Counted from the first letter of the stretch, positions 39,578-50,949 are shown. The stretch is DNA of 64,000 nucleotides from Spirochaetia bacterium (GCA_963677595.1 OY782041.1:4192001-4256000); one strand, 5' to 3'. Program-made: numbers and translations. The notes: generated by a model not told the origin, from the letters alone.

Positions 39578-40504
39578 ATGAATAATAATACGATTCAGAT
39601 ACAGGAAAAGGCCTTGCCTGCCGGTAAGGGGAGCAGATTCAAGAGGAATACCACACTTGCAGCGCTGCTGTTCCTCCTGCCGAGTCTTATCGGGTTCCTC
39701 ACGTTTTACATCATCCCGGCATTCAGGGGTGTGTATTTGAGTCTCACCGACTGGGACCTGCTTGGGACCCCGTCATTCATAGGACTCGAGAACTACCGGC
39801 AGCTGCTCACCGATTCAGATTTCTGGAACTCGATGTGGGTGACCGTGAAATATGTCCTGTGGAACATCCCGTTCCAGACGCTGCTGGCACTAGGCATAGC
39901 CCTTGTGATGGACAGGGTCATCAGCTCGAACGTGTTCAGGGGGCTGATCCTCATACCCTGGCTGCTGCCTAATGTGGTCGTAGCCCTGTTGTGGCTGTGG
40001 CTCCTGGATCCCGCTGTCGGTATCATCAACAGTACGATACAGTCCTGGGGGCTGAAACCGATCAACTTCCTGACTTCTATCAACCTGGCACTCCCTTCCA
40101 TCGCGGGAATAAACATCTGGAGACATATGGGGTACACCGCGCTGATCGTGTTCGCAGGCTTGCAGGGGATCCCAAAAGAGGTTGAGGAAGCTGCCTTGAT
40201 CGACGGAGCAAGCTCCTGGACCCGGTTCACCCGGATCATCCTTCCATATCTGAGGCCGGTACTTGCCTTCGTCATCATCACGTCGGTGATCGGCTCGTTC
40301 CAGGTATTCGATACCGTGGCTATAACGACGAAGGGTGGGCCTGTGACGGCAACCTATGTGATATACCTCTTCATCTACAAGAATGGGTTCGAGAAATACC
40401 TCATGGGGTATGCGACAGCCGCATCGATGATCCTCTTCCTGATCCTGCTGGGAATCAGCTTCATCCAGATGAAGGTCATGCGAGCAAACGAGAGCGATTT
40501 CTAG
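39578..40504 (+). CDS. carbohydrate ABC transporter permease
   Basis: FIGLENY, EEAALIDGAS..RF..I.LP. Confidence 0.93.
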   Translation: MNNNTIQIQEKALPAGKGSRFKRNTTLAALLFLLPSLIGFLTFYIIPAFRGVYLSLTDWDLLGTPSFIGLENYRQLLTDSDFWNSMWVTVKYVLWNIPFQTLLALGIALVMDRVISSNVFRGLILIPWLLPNVVVALLWLWLLDPAVGIINSTIQSWGLKPINFLTSINLALPSIAGINIWRHMGYTALIVFAGLQGIPKEVEEAALIDGASSWTRFTRIILPYLRPVLAFVIITSVIGSFQVFDTVAITTKGGPVTATYVIYLFIYKNGFEKYLMGYATAASMILFLILLGISFIQMKVMRANESDF

Positions 40505-40516
40505 GAGGAATGAACT

Positions 40517-41416
40517 ATGGCTGAATTCAATACGATAACCAATAAGAACCGCCTGAAGAAGGCACTGCTGTGGCTCATGATCGGACTGGTCCTGTTCATC
40601 ACCCTGTTCCCCTTCTTCTGGGTCTTCAGGACGTCCCTTACCCCCAAAGCCCTGGTATTCTCCGAGCCGACGAGGATCATCCCAAGCCAGCTGACGGGGA
40701 CCCATTACGGCCGTGTCCTGGGCTTGATCGACAAGGCGCGGGCAGTTGAGCTGGGAGGTTCAGGGCAGTCGGTTAATTTCGGCTTGAACCTGCTGAACTC
40801 CTTCATCGTCTCCATCGGGGTGACGGTCGCCCAGGTCATCTTCTCCGCCATGGCAGCCTATGCTTTCGCACGATTGGAATTCAGGTTCAGGAACACCCTG
40901 TTCGCACTCTTCCTGTCAACGCTCATGATCCCGGGGATCGTCATGATGCTGCCAAACTTCATCCTGATCAAGGACTTGAATCTCCTGAACACCTACCTCG
41001 GCATCATGGCACCTACCCTCCTCATGACCCCGTTCGCCGTGTTCTTCCTGAGGCAGTTCATGCTGGGGATCAACAAGGAGCTCGAGGAAGCTGCCTTCCT
41101 CGACGGCGCAGGCTACGGGATGACATTCTGGAAGATCATCGTTCCCCTGTGTGCGAACATCATGATGACCCTGGCTGTCATCACGTTCATCAATACATGG
41201 AATGATTACATGTGGCCGCTGATCGTCGGGAAGAAGGAGTCGATCAGGACCCTGACGGTTGCTTTGGGTATCTTCCGGCTGCAGACCCCGCAGGGACAGC
41301 CGGACTGGGGCGGCATGATGGCAGGTGCCGCACTGGCTATGATACCCACACTCGGGATCCTCATGGCCTTCGGCAAGAGGATCGTGAACTCGATCGGGTT
41401 CTCCGGGTTCAGATAA
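40517..41416 (+). CDS. carbohydrate ABC transporter permease
   Basis: AAYAFAR, ELEEAAFLDGA, WNDYMWP. Confidence 0.93.
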   Translation: MAEFNTITNKNRLKKALLWLMIGLVLFITLFPFFWVFRTSLTPKALVFSEPTRIIPSQLTGTHYGRVLGLIDKARAVELGGSGQSVNFGLNLLNSFIVSIGVTVAQVIFSAMAAYAFARLEFRFRNTLFALFLSTLMIPGIVMMLPNFILIKDLNLLNTYLGIMAPTLLMTPFAVFFLRQFMLGINKELEEAAFLDGAGYGMTFWKIIVPLCANIMMTLAVITFINTWNDYMWPLIVGKKESIRTLTVALGIFRLQTPQGQPDWGGMMAGAALAMIPTLGILMAFGKRIVNSIGFSGFR

Positions 41417-41500
41417 GCTGGGCCGGCCCGACCGTATACAAGTAAGAACTACCCGCAAGGGAGTTACATAAAATAAGCTTTCGAACAAAAGGAGAAAGAG

Positions 41501-42832
41501 ATGAGAATGAGAAGACTATGTGCAGTATTGCTGATCGTGCTGGTAGCGGCAACCGGGTTATGGGCCAAGGGCCAGAAAGAGGAATCTACAGGTCCCGTGA
41601 CGATATCATACATCCTCTGGGATGCGAACCAGCTCCCAGCGTATGAACAATGCGCCCAGGACTTCATGGCCGCAAACCCCGATATCATCGTCGAGATCAA
41701 CCAGCTCGGATGGGGTGACTACTGGACGGGACTGCAGACCGATATGGTTGCAGGGATCGCCCCGGATGTGTTCACCGACCATCTGGCCATGTACCCGGAC
41801 TTCGCATCCAAAGGCCAGCTCGTTGACCTGTCCGAGTACATCAAACGGGATAATGTCAACACCTCAGGGTACATGAACAACCTGGACGGACTCTGGGCAA
41901 CTCAGGATGGGAAACGATATGGACTCCCGAAGGACTGGGACACCATCGCGATCGTCTATAACCAGGACAAGATGGATGCAGCAGGGATCACGGTTGAAGA
42001 AGCGAACAGCCTCGACTGGAACCCGCAGGATGGGGGTTCGTTCGAGGACTTCATCGCAGCCCTCTCCGTTGATGCCAGCGGCCGCAATGGTCTTGACCCG
42101 GCTTTCGATCCAGAGAACGTAGCCTGTTATGGCATGGCCCTCAACCATTTTGACGACCGCGGTCAGGGACAGTTCAGCCCCTTTGCCGTGAGTACCGGAT
42201 GGATGTACACCGACGGTCTGTATGACAGCAACTACCACTTCGATGACCCGCGATTCGTGGATTCGATCCAGTGGATGGTGGATATGACCGAGAAGGGCTT
42301 CCTTGCTCCCTATGAGATCACTGGCAACGGGGCGAACTCACTCTTCACATCAGGCCAGGCTGCCACCCTCCTCGACGGATCTTGGATGATCAGTTATTAT
42401 ACTACCAGTTCCACCTTCCCGGTAGGGTTTGCCGCCCTTCCTGCAGGACCTGAAGGTCGGAAGAGTATGACCAATGGTCTGGCAGATTCTATCTGGATAG
42501 GGTCTGAACACAAAGATGAAGCATGGAGATGGGTGAAGTACCTGGCCTCAGAAGAGGCCCAGAAGACAGTCGGGACATTCGGCGTGGTATTCCCCGCATA
42601 TGAGTCAGGTGTCGCCAACGCACTGGAAGCCTACACATCAAGGGGTATAGACGTCTCAGCGTTCACTGATGTAGCGACCACACCGGGCGAGACATTCGTC
42701 TACCCGATCGTCGAGAACGGGGTCAAGATCAGCGAGATCATGACGCAGACATTCGACAGCATCTTCCTGGGTATCTCCGATGCGGATACTGCCCTCATGG
42801 ATGCGAACAAGAAGATCCTGAGCCTCTTCTAG
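41501..42832 (+). CDS. sugar ABC transporter substrate-binding protein
   Basis: Signal peptide, APDVF, YGLPKD; operon context. Confidence 0.92.
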   Translation: MRMRRLCAVLLIVLVAATGLWAKGQKEESTGPVTISYILWDANQLPAYEQCAQDFMAANPDIIVEINQLGWGDYWTGLQTDMVAGIAPDVFTDHLAMYPDFASKGQLVDLSEYIKRDNVNTSGYMNNLDGLWATQDGKRYGLPKDWDTIAIVYNQDKMDAAGITVEEANSLDWNPQDGGSFEDFIAALSVDASGRNGLDPAFDPENVACYGMALNHFDDRGQGQFSPFAVSTGWMYTDGLYDSNYHFDDPRFVDSIQWMVDMTEKGFLAPYEITGNGANSLFTSGQAATLLDGSWMISYYTTSSTFPVGFAALPAGPEGRKSMTNGLADSIWIGSEHKDEAWRWVKYLASEEAQKTVGTFGVVFPAYESGVANALEAYTSRGIDVSAFTDVATTPGETFVYPIVENGVKISEIMTQTFDSIFLGISDADTALMDANKKILSLF

Positions 42833-42905
42833 GGCAAGCACATACCAAGGACGGGCCGGTCATCGACCGGTCCGTACCACTTTACGATGATACGGGGGAT
42901 TCCTG

Positions 42906-45104
42906 ATGAGTATAGCGTATAATGAAAAAGAACGAGTATTCCAGCTCGATACCGCACATTCCAGCTACTTGATGCAGATCATGAGGGATCGGTACCTGGC
43001 ACACCTTGGATGGTTCGGGAGGATCAGGGAATGGGCCGGCAGGCGGGAGATACCGATCCATGACCGCTCCTTCTCCCCGAACCCGGATCCCCTTGACAGG
43101 TCATTCTCGCTGGACTCGATACCGCTCGAATACAGTGCATGGGGGCGGAGCGACCTCAGGCCGCCGGCGCTGCGCGCTCTCCAGCAGGACGGGAGTTCCT
43201 CTTTGGACCTGCTCTATCGCGAACACCGGATCATCAAGGGAAAACCCGCGTTGGAAGGCCTTCCTTCGGTATATACGGAAACCCCTGACGAGGCAGATAC
43301 CCTCGTGATCACTCTCGAGGATCCCCATACAAGCCTGTTGTGCGACCTCTCCTACACGGTCTTCAAGGACCGGGACGTGATCACACGTTCAACGAGGATC
43401 CGAAACCAAGGGGACCTGGCAGTCAGTCTCCATGAAGTCATGAGCATGTGCATAGATTTTGACTCCTCTGAGTATCGTATGCTCCAGCTCTCAGGGGCCC
43501 ACAACAGGGAGCGTCATATATATACTCGTGAACTCTACCCAGGGTCCCAGTCCATAGACAGCAGGCGCGGTGCCAGCAGCCATCAGCAGAACCCATTCCT
43601 TGCACTCCTCTCTCCCAATGCTGATGAGGATGCAGGAGTCGTCTATGGCTTTAACTTAGTCTATAGTGGTAATTTCATTGCAACAGTCCATGTCGACCAG
43701 TTCGATTCCTCACGAGTCCTGATGGGAATCAACCCCTTCGATTTCCAATGGGAACTCGAGGCAGGTGAGACATTCCAGACCCCGGAAGTTGTCATGGTTC
43801 GATCGACGGAAGGCCTTGGAGGGATGTCACGTACCTACCATGATCTCTATCGGGAAAGACTCGTACGGGGACCGTTCCGGGGCAAAGAACGGCCGGTCCT
43901 CATAAACAATTGGGAAGCGACCTATTTCGATTTTGACTCAGATACGATCCTGAAACTCGCTGATGAGGCAGCATCACTCGGGATGGAACTCTTCGTCCTT
44001 GATGACGGCTGGTTCGGCAGCAGGGATGATGACCTCACCTCCCTCGGGGACTGGTTCCCCCATACGAGGAAGCTGCCGTACGGCATCAAGGCCCTTGCTG
44101 ACAAGATCATCGAGAAAGGGCTGCAGTTCGGGATCTGGTTCGAGCCTGAGATGATCAGCGAGAAGAGCCTGCTCTTCGCTGAGCATCCTGACTGGTGCCT
44201 GCAGGTTCCAGGTCGCAAGCTCTCAGCAGGGAGGTCCCAACTGATCCTCGATTACAGCAGGGAAGATGTGCGGGAGTACATCATACAGACGATTTCCGTG
44301 ATTCTCGATGAGAACCCCATCTCCTATGTGAAGTGGGACATGAACCGACATATGACGGAAGTCGGGTCGCTGCAGCTCGCCCCGGGGAAGCAGCGTGAGA
44401 CCGCCCACCGGTATATGCTCGGCCTCTATGAGGTCCTCGAACGCGTCACCTCAGCGTTCCCTGCAGTCCTGTTCGAGAGCTGCTCGGGAGGCGGAGGCCG
44501 GTTCGACCCCGGCATGCTCCACTACATGCCCCAGACCTGGACGAGCGACAATACCGACCCGATATCGCGGTTGGCCATCCAGGAAGGTACGGCCATGGTC
44601 TATCCACCGCTGGCCATGGGTGCCCATGTATCAGCATCACCAAACCACCAGACAGGGAGAGAAACCTCCCTCAAATTGCGTGGTGCAGTCGCAATGGGCG
44701 GCAATTTCGGATATGAACTGAACCTGCTCGAACTCTCCGACCAGGAGAAGGAAGAGATCAGGGAGCAGGTCAGCACCTACAAGAGGAGGCGTCACCTGAT
44801 CACCGATGGTGACCGTTATCGACTCACCTCACCGCTTGATAGGAAAGACTGCGCCTCCTGGATGACCGTATCCCCAAACAGGGACGAAGCCTGGGCAGTG
44901 TATGTATCAACCCGGGTCGAGGCAAATCATCCGTACCGTTCCCTCAGGTTGAAGGGGCTCGATCCTCAAAAGCGATACTGTATTAATGGCGGACCATCCT
45001 ATGGAGGTGACGAACTCATGGAGGCAGGGATCAACCTGCCCTACCAGCTCGGAGAGAATGAAGCCTATGAATATTATCTGGAAGCAGTGACTACCAGGTT
45101 ATAA
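42906..45104 (+). CDS. alpha-galactosidase, GH36
   Basis: NNWEATYFDF, FVLDDGWFG, YVKWDMNR, SCSGGGGRFD, WTSDNTD. Confidence 0.95.
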   Translation: MSIAYNEKERVFQLDTAHSSYLMQIMRDRYLAHLGWFGRIREWAGRREIPIHDRSFSPNPDPLDRSFSLDSIPLEYSAWGRSDLRPPALRALQQDGSSSLDLLYREHRIIKGKPALEGLPSVYTETPDEADTLVITLEDPHTSLLCDLSYTVFKDRDVITRSTRIRNQGDLAVSLHEVMSMCIDFDSSEYRMLQLSGAHNRERHIYTRELYPGSQSIDSRRGASSHQQNPFLALLSPNADEDAGVVYGFNLVYSGNFIATVHVDQFDSSRVLMGINPFDFQWELEAGETFQTPEVVMVRSTEGLGGMSRTYHDLYRERLVRGPFRGKERPVLINNWEATYFDFDSDTILKLADEAASLGMELFVLDDGWFGSRDDDLTSLGDWFPHTRKLPYGIKALADKIIEKGLQFGIWFEPEMISEKSLLFAEHPDWCLQVPGRKLSAGRSQLILDYSREDVREYIIQTISVILDENPISYVKWDMNRHMTEVGSLQLAPGKQRETAHRYMLGLYEVLERVTSAFPAVLFESCSGGGGRFDPGMLHYMPQTWTSDNTDPISRLAIQEGTAMVYPPLAMGAHVSASPNHQTGRETSLKLRGAVAMGGNFGYELNLLELSDQEKEEIREQVSTYKRRRHLITDGDRYRLTSPLDRKDCASWMTVSPNRDEAWAVYVSTRVEANHPYRSLRLKGLDPQKRYCINGGPSYGGDELMEAGINLPYQLGENEAYEYYLEAVTTRL

Positions 45105-45112
45105 GATATTTT

Positions 45113-45148
45113 ACTCCCCCGGCTGCACCTCCTCGCAGCGGGGGAGTC
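45113..45148. terminator. hairpin between convergent GH36 and GH78 genes
   Basis: ACTCCCCC..CTGC...GCAG.GGGGGAGT. Confidence 0.55.
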
Positions 45149-45176
45149 TCTTTCCTGATGGGATAAGATCGCTGCG

Positions 45177-47477
45177 TCAAGACCTGACAGGCTTCCTGAT
45201 CTTGATCCCTTCCGGGATATCAGCCTTCACCTTCAGTCCCGCTTCGTCTTTCATCCATGAGATCTTCACCAGGCCTCGTGGCGTGATCACCTCCCCAGCC
45301 GCTTGGGAAAGATGCCCAGCCTTGGGGTTGATCTCCATCTCAGAGAAACCCGGGGCAGTCGGACGCACCCCGAGGATCACGGAAGGGAGTTCATACAGGG
45401 CCAGGGCACCCCAGGCATGGCAGTCACTCCTGCTCAGGACTGAGTCCTCCTCACAGGTCGTGAGGTTCTTGGCGACCATCTCCCTCCATATATCCCACAA
45501 GCCTGCGGTCCTCTCGTAGAGTTCGCAGGCTTCCAGAGCCCTGAAGAGATAGAACATCATGGCAACCGAGCACTGGGCATAATCATCCTGATGATCAAGC
45601 GTCTCCAACAGGTACCTTCTCCCTGTATCTGCATCCACTGTTTTGGTAAGAATCGCGAATACCTGTGTATGCTGGCTGTACTGATGGACACCGGGACCAT
45701 CAGTATACATTCCGTCCTTCCCCCGGCATAACCGGTTGACTGCAGCCTGGATGGCTGCTGCCTCATCGCTCATCCGGCATGCCATCTCCCCAAAGCCCAA
45801 GAAATCTGCCAGTCCTGCAGCCTGCTGCAGCGCCATGATGAAATAGAGGCTTTCCATGGTGATCGGTCCCGTTTCGGTCGCTGGGGGCACCCCGAAGGAG
45901 TCCCTCCACTGGGAAGTCCAATCGATGAACGACCAGAACCGGGAAGAGAAGAGCGGTCCCCCGACCTTACCGACCAGCCCGGTGCCATCCAGGTTGTTCC
46001 TGAAGAAGTTCAGGACCCCGAGGATCGCCGGCAGATGGTCCCTGACCAGTCCCTCATCCCCGAAATACATCATATGGTCATGGACCATGGCGATATAGAA
46101 GATCCCGAACCCCGGGATGACATGGTTCTCGTAATTGGGATACGAGCAGTTGATCATGCCGTCATACCGCTGTGACCTCCTGAAGTCATCCATGGCCTGC
46201 CTGGCCAGCCGGTCATCGGCAGAGACTGCATAGGTATAGAGGATCTGGCTCCTCGTGTCCATGGCATACTGGAGCTGCTCGTAGAACGGGCAGTCTTCAT
46301 AGGTCTCATGCATACACAGACGCAGGGTCCTCTCGCTGATATCCCAGACTTTCTCCAATGAGGGGTCAGAAGTATGCACCGTCGTACGTACATCCAAGGG
46401 ATAGGTGTTCTTCGTATAAGAAACATCCCGCAGCTGAAGCGGGCTGTTCCCGGTCTCGATGGTCAGCTTGACATACCGGAAGGTCCTGAACCAGAAGGGC
46501 TCATAGGCTTCGGGGGAAGCTGAAGTGCCGGCCCCTTCTACCTGGTAGGTATCGGTATGGCCGTAGAGCTTCCCATGGGTGGAATCGGTCCGATCCCCTT
46601 TGCGTGGGATGATCGGCCCGCCAAGCCCTTCGATCGGCTCATAGGCATAACACTCAGAAGTCAGGATGGTTATCTTCGCAGCTGCGCCGCCTGCCATCAG
46701 GAGTCTCAGGTACCCCGTCGTCTCCTCCCCAGCTGAGATCTCAACGACCTCACGTCTGTGTGCCGGTATCTCAAGGGAAGTCCCTTCCTGGAAAAGTTGA
46801 TCCCACCTATCTGGCATGATAGCCGACTGTCGGATGCACTGCAGCCCGGTGAACCGTCTCGACTCGAGACGCATGAGGGGGATGGTCCTTGCCTGCAGGT
46901 TCTCAGGCCGAAGCCGGTCCGTGAGGGAGAAGGGATCATAGACGATCGCTTCTTCCCAGTGACTGTCATCATAGCCCTCTTCATAGATCCCATGGTTGAG
47001 GCCGCTCCCAGCGGCCTGCTCGAAGATATACAAGGGGGAGAAATGCATATCCTCTGCGATGATCCGCACCGGGGCCCTCTTCCATCTCCAGCTTGCATCA
47101 GCGATGAGAGAGCTTCCCTTGAGGTATAATCCCGGGGTCCTCGTCCTGGCGAACGAGTAGTTGCCCCCGTTCTGCCTGTCGGGGATCGTCAGGACGATGG
47201 CCACGATGATATTGTCCCCTGGTTTCAGGTACTCCCCCAGGTCCAGTGTATCCTTGTACCAGATCTGCGTATCGCCTTTCTGGGGACCGGCATTGACGAG
47301 CTTCCCGTTGATGAGGAGTTTGTACCTGGCATCTGCGGTGATCTCGATCAGAAACGTTTCTGGGATCTCTGGTATGTGGAACTTCTTTCTAAAGTATACC
47401 ACCTCAGGGGAGTCACTGCACCTCGGGGAACTCCCGGAGGTTCCGATCCAACCGATGCTCTGCGTCTGTTCCGCCAT
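45177..47477 (-). CDS. alpha-L-rhamnosidase family (GH78-like) glycoside hydrolase
   Basis: ITADARYKL, FRTFRY, EDCPFYEQLQY, SDCHAW. Confidence 0.88.
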   Translation of the reverse strand: MAEQTQSIGWIGTSGSSPRCSDSPEVVYFRKKFHIPEIPETFLIEITADARYKLLINGKLVNAGPQKGDTQIWYKDTLDLGEYLKPGDNIIVAIVLTIPDRQNGGNYSFARTRTPGLYLKGSSLIADASWRWKRAPVRIIAEDMHFSPLYIFEQAAGSGLNHGIYEEGYDDSHWEEAIVYDPFSLTDRLRPENLQARTIPLMRLESRRFTGLQCIRQSAIMPDRWDQLFQEGTSLEIPAHRREVVEISAGEETTGYLRLLMAGGAAAKITILTSECYAYEPIEGLGGPIIPRKGDRTDSTHGKLYGHTDTYQVEGAGTSASPEAYEPFWFRTFRYVKLTIETGNSPLQLRDVSYTKNTYPLDVRTTVHTSDPSLEKVWDISERTLRLCMHETYEDCPFYEQLQYAMDTRSQILYTYAVSADDRLARQAMDDFRRSQRYDGMINCSYPNYENHVIPGFGIFYIAMVHDHMMYFGDEGLVRDHLPAILGVLNFFRNNLDGTGLVGKVGGPLFSSRFWSFIDWTSQWRDSFGVPPATETGPITMESLYFIMALQQAAGLADFLGFGEMACRMSDEAAAIQAAVNRLCRGKDGMYTDGPGVHQYSQHTQVFAILTKTVDADTGRRYLLETLDHQDDYAQCSVAMMFYLFRALEACELYERTAGLWDIWREMVAKNLTTCEEDSVLSRSDCHAWGALALYELPSVILGVRPTAPGFSEMEINPKAGHLSQAAGEVITPRGLVKISWMKDEAGLKVKADIPEGIKIRKPVRS

Positions 47478-47483
47478 ATGCCG

Positions 47484-49097
47484 CTACCTGCTCTCCATCT
47501 GGTCCCGATATACCTGGGGACTCAAACCGGTCTTGCTCTTGAAGAACCTGCCGAAGTACCCCGAGCTGGAGAATCCCAGCTCAAAGGCGATCTCCTTGAC
47601 CTGCTTCTCCCGATCGGTAATGAGCCGTTTTGCCTTGATGATCTTCAAGTCGTTGATATACTGGAGGATCGTGACACCTTCACTCTTCTTGAACAGCCTT
47701 AGGAGGTACTCGGGACTGAGCTCCACCAGGTCAGAGAGGGCATCAAGCGATGTGTCACCGCTCAAGTTCTCATGGATATAGGCTTTCACCCGATCGATCA
47801 CATCATCATTGCTCCTCACCTGACCGGCCTGCTTCATCTCGAAGACCAGCTCGCTCACGTCTATCAGGTACCTGAAAGCCTCAGGCCAGCTTCCATGCAT
47901 GCCAACGCGGTACAGCTTCCGGGCCTCGATCCGCTTGAACACCTCTTCAGATAACTGGAACTGGTTCATGAACCGGACCAGGCGAAGTGAGACATCACTG
48001 TAGATCTCCACGGCGAAGAGGTCATCCATGGAAGCTGTCCCGTCAAACAGGTCTATCGCCTCATTCAGGAGTGCGGCGACATGTTCCCGGTTAGAATTCT
48101 CAAAATAGTAGTCAAGCAGCTCCAGACGGGAGCTGATGATATTCCGCTGCTGGCTGTCAGTCTGTTCGTTCCTATTCTCCTGCTCTTCGGGATCAAGCCT
48201 GACCAGCAGCGCCTCATCCCCAGCCAGCAGCAGCCTGGCCTTCACGCTGGGAAAATCTTCAAGGATCTCCCCCACTGGCAGCGGTCTGCTCCCGATGAGT
48301 ACCGATACGGCCATCCCGAAGTTCTTGAAGCAGGCTCGCTGGAAGAGTTCACTCTTCCCTTTCATCGTCAGGATGTTCTTCTCCACGGATTCCCATTTCT
48401 TCGGCTGCAGGAGCAGGACGATATAGTTCCTCGTATAGTGGAATGCCGCCCCGTCCATGAAATCGAAGAAGTACTTATCAAGGAGGAGCTGCATATCGCC
48501 GAGGATCCGGATCTGCTCATCGTATGACTCACTGACGATGGTCTCATGCCGCATGACAGCATAATACATCTCCCTGGAGATCTCGAGATCTATCCCCAGG
48601 CTGGAGATGAGCGTCCCTGTGATCGTCGAAATATCGATGAAGCCGCTGAACAGGTCGTAGAGGAACCGGTTCCGCTCGAGCTCCTGCCGCTGCACCAGGA
48701 GCGTGGTGCCCTCCTGGACGAGGAGATCGTTCTCGATCTCCTCGATCGCCTCGGCAACCGCAGTGATGATCTTCTCGTCCTCCTCGGCTTTCAGGATATA
48801 CCGGGCATGCTTCTGGACCTTGTAGACATAGTCGAACTCGGAGTACCCGGTGAGGAAGATCACCCTGCAGTGGGGCCATCGTTCCTGGATGACATCGAAC
48901 AGTTCGATACCCGACATCCTGGGCATCCTGATGTCTGTCAGCACGATATCGATCTTACGCTCCTCGAGGACCTGTTCCGCCTCTATGGCGGAAGACGCTG
49001 AGAAGAGGTTGAGTTCCAGCGAATCCTCCATGGAGAGCAGTTCATAGATCCCATCGCGGATGATCTTCTCATCGTCGACAATCAGGAGATTATACAT
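47484..49097 (-). CDS. YesN-type response regulator (REC + AraC HTH)
   Basis: LIVDDE, TDIRMP, LTGY, C-terminal YFGRFFK..G.SP. Confidence 0.93.
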   Translation of the reverse strand: MYNLLIVDDEKIIRDGIYELLSMEDSLELNLFSASSAIEAEQVLEERKIDIVLTDIRMPRMSGIELFDVIQERWPHCRVIFLTGYSEFDYVYKVQKHARYILKAEEDEKIITAVAEAIEEIENDLLVQEGTTLLVQRQELERNRFLYDLFSGFIDISTITGTLISSLGIDLEISREMYYAVMRHETIVSESYDEQIRILGDMQLLLDKYFFDFMDGAAFHYTRNYIVLLLQPKKWESVEKNILTMKGKSELFQRACFKNFGMAVSVLIGSRPLPVGEILEDFPSVKARLLLAGDEALLVRLDPEEQENRNEQTDSQQRNIISSRLELLDYYFENSNREHVAALLNEAIDLFDGTASMDDLFAVEIYSDVSLRLVRFMNQFQLSEEVFKRIEARKLYRVGMHGSWPEAFRYLIDVSELVFEMKQAGQVRSNDDVIDRVKAYIHENLSGDTSLDALSDLVELSPEYLLRLFKKSEGVTILQYINDLKIIKAKRLITDREKQVKEIAFELGFSSSGYFGRFFKSKTGLSPQVYRDQMESR

Positions 49098-49100
49098 AGG

Positions 49101-49985
49101 CTATTCTTTGACACTCCCTAAGGTCATACCTGATACGAAGTACTTCTGCAGCAGTGGATAGACGACCAGGATCGGGATGATGGCTATGAATATCTGGGCT
49201 GCAGTCAGGGTCTTCTGCGAGATCTGCTTCATGATCTCCGCACTGGTCAAGTCCAGGCTGGTAGCAGACGCTGCCTGGATCACGTTCCGCAGGTATGTCT
49301 GGAGCGGGTACTTTCCCGGGTCGCTCAGGAAGACCAGGCCGTCAAACCAGGAGTTCCAGTGGAATACCATAGTGAACAGGCCGACTGTCGCGAGCGATGG
49401 CTTCGCCAGCGGCAGGTAGATCCTGCCCAGGATCTGGAAATGGTTCGCCCCATCCATGAACGCTGACTCGGCAAGGGCATAGGGAATACCCCTGAAGAAA
49501 TTCAGCATGAGGATGACATTGAAGACCTGCACCGACATCGGCAGGACGAGAGCCCAGATGGAATTATAGATCCCCACAGCCCTGATGACGATGAACAGCG
49601 GGATCAGCCCGCCGTTGAAGACCATGGTGAAGATGAAGATCCAGGAGTAGAACTTCCTTGCACGGAAGTTCCTGTCTTCCTGAGATAATGCATAAGAACT
49701 CGTTATGGTTAGAAACATACTGATAACCGTCCCCAATACCACCCTGATCACCGAAACGTTGAACGCCTTGAAGAACTCCTCTTTTCCCAATATATACGTA
49801 TATGAGCTCAATGTAAAATCGACAGGCAAAATGGTGACCCAGCCGGCCTGAGCTGCCGAGTTGGAACTGAAGGAGAGCGCCAGGATATGGAGCAGCGGGA
49901 ACAGCGAGAGGAATGTCACGATAGACAGGACCACGTAGTTGGCGGTGGTGAACACCTTTCTTGATAACGATGGATTCTCGATCAT
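49101..49985 (-). CDS. carbohydrate ABC transporter permease
   Basis: FNGGLIP, ESAFMDGA, HWNSWF, LQKYFV. Confidence 0.93.
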   Translation of the reverse strand: MIENPSLSRKVFTTANYVVLSIVTFLSLFPLLHILALSFSSNSAAQAGWVTILPVDFTLSSYTYILGKEEFFKAFNVSVIRVVLGTVISMFLTITSSYALSQEDRNFRARKFYSWIFIFTMVFNGGLIPLFIVIRAVGIYNSIWALVLPMSVQVFNVILMLNFFRGIPYALAESAFMDGANHFQILGRIYLPLAKPSLATVGLFTMVFHWNSWFDGLVFLSDPGKYPLQTYLRNVIQAASATSLDLTSAEIMKQISQKTLTAAQIFIAIIPILVVYPLLQKYFVSGMTLGSVKE

Positions 49986-49994
49986 GACAGACTC

Positions 49995-50900
49995 CTAGAA
50001 CAGACGGTAGTTGGCGAATCTCTTCGCCAGGTAGAACGATGTCGATATGAATATCAGCGACACGACTGACTTCAACAACCCTACGGCTGTAGCCACGCTG
50101 TACTGCAGCTGCAGCATTCCGATCCGATACACGAAGGTATCGATGATATCGGCCTTCTCATAGACGATGGGACTGTAGAGGTTGAAGATCTGGTCGAACC
50201 CGGCATTGAGTACATTCCCAAGACTGAGTACCGTGACCAGGATGATGATCGGCTTCATGCTCGGCAGTGTGATGTAGGTCAGCTGCTTCCACTTCCCTGC
50301 ACCATCGACCCGTGCAGCCTCGTACGGAGTGGGGTCGATACTCGTCAGGGCCGCGAGGAAGATGACCATGTTGTATCCCATCTCCTTCCAGATGTTCGAC
50401 ACGACGAGGACGCCCCTGATCCTGTCAGGGTCTCCCAGGAAGTAGATGGGGTCATGTCCGAGGGCTGTGATCATCCTGTTCACGATGCCGTCTGACGGGG
50501 AGAGGATATCGATCAGGATACCGCTCAAGATGACCCATGAGAGGAAGAATGGAATATAGACGATCGTCTGGGTGATCTTCTTGAAGATCTTGCTCTTGAG
50601 CTCATTGAGCATCAGCGCCAGCACCAGCGGGACCGTGATCCCGGCCACGATCTTATAGATCGCTATCACGATCGTGTTGATGAGGATTCGTTTCGTGTCT
50701 GACATGCTCAGGATGTACCTGAAGTTCTCCAGGCCGACCCAGTCAGACTTGAAGAACAGCCCAAGCCCGGTAGAGGGGATGAAATCCTGGAAGGCTATCA
50801 CGATACCGACCATGGGAAGATAATTGAATACGAGGAGAACAGCCAAGGCTGGGATCATCAGAATATGTAACGGCAGCTCCCTCTTTAAAGAACTCTGCAT
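49995..50900 (-). CDS. carbohydrate ABC transporter permease (LplB-like)
   Basis: WVGLENF, YEAARVDGA, DIIDTFVY. Confidence 0.93.
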   Translation of the reverse strand: MQSSLKRELPLHILMIPALAVLLVFNYLPMVGIVIAFQDFIPSTGLGLFFKSDWVGLENFRYILSMSDTKRILINTIVIAIYKIVAGITVPLVLALMLNELKSKIFKKITQTIVYIPFFLSWVILSGILIDILSPSDGIVNRMITALGHDPIYFLGDPDRIRGVLVVSNIWKEMGYNMVIFLAALTSIDPTPYEAARVDGAGKWKQLTYITLPSMKPIIILVTVLSLGNVLNAGFDQIFNLYSPIVYEKADIIDTFVYRIGMLQLQYSVATAVGLLKSVVSLIFISTSFYLAKRFANYRLF

Positions 50901-50920
50901 GTCAGGACCTCCTTTGAGAA

Positions 50921-50949
50921 GGAGTGAAGTGAATGATTCACTTCACTCC
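50921..50949. terminator. 14-bp perfect inverted repeat between SBP and permease genes
   Basis: GGAGTGAAGTGAAT-g-ATTCACTTCACTCC. Confidence 0.65.
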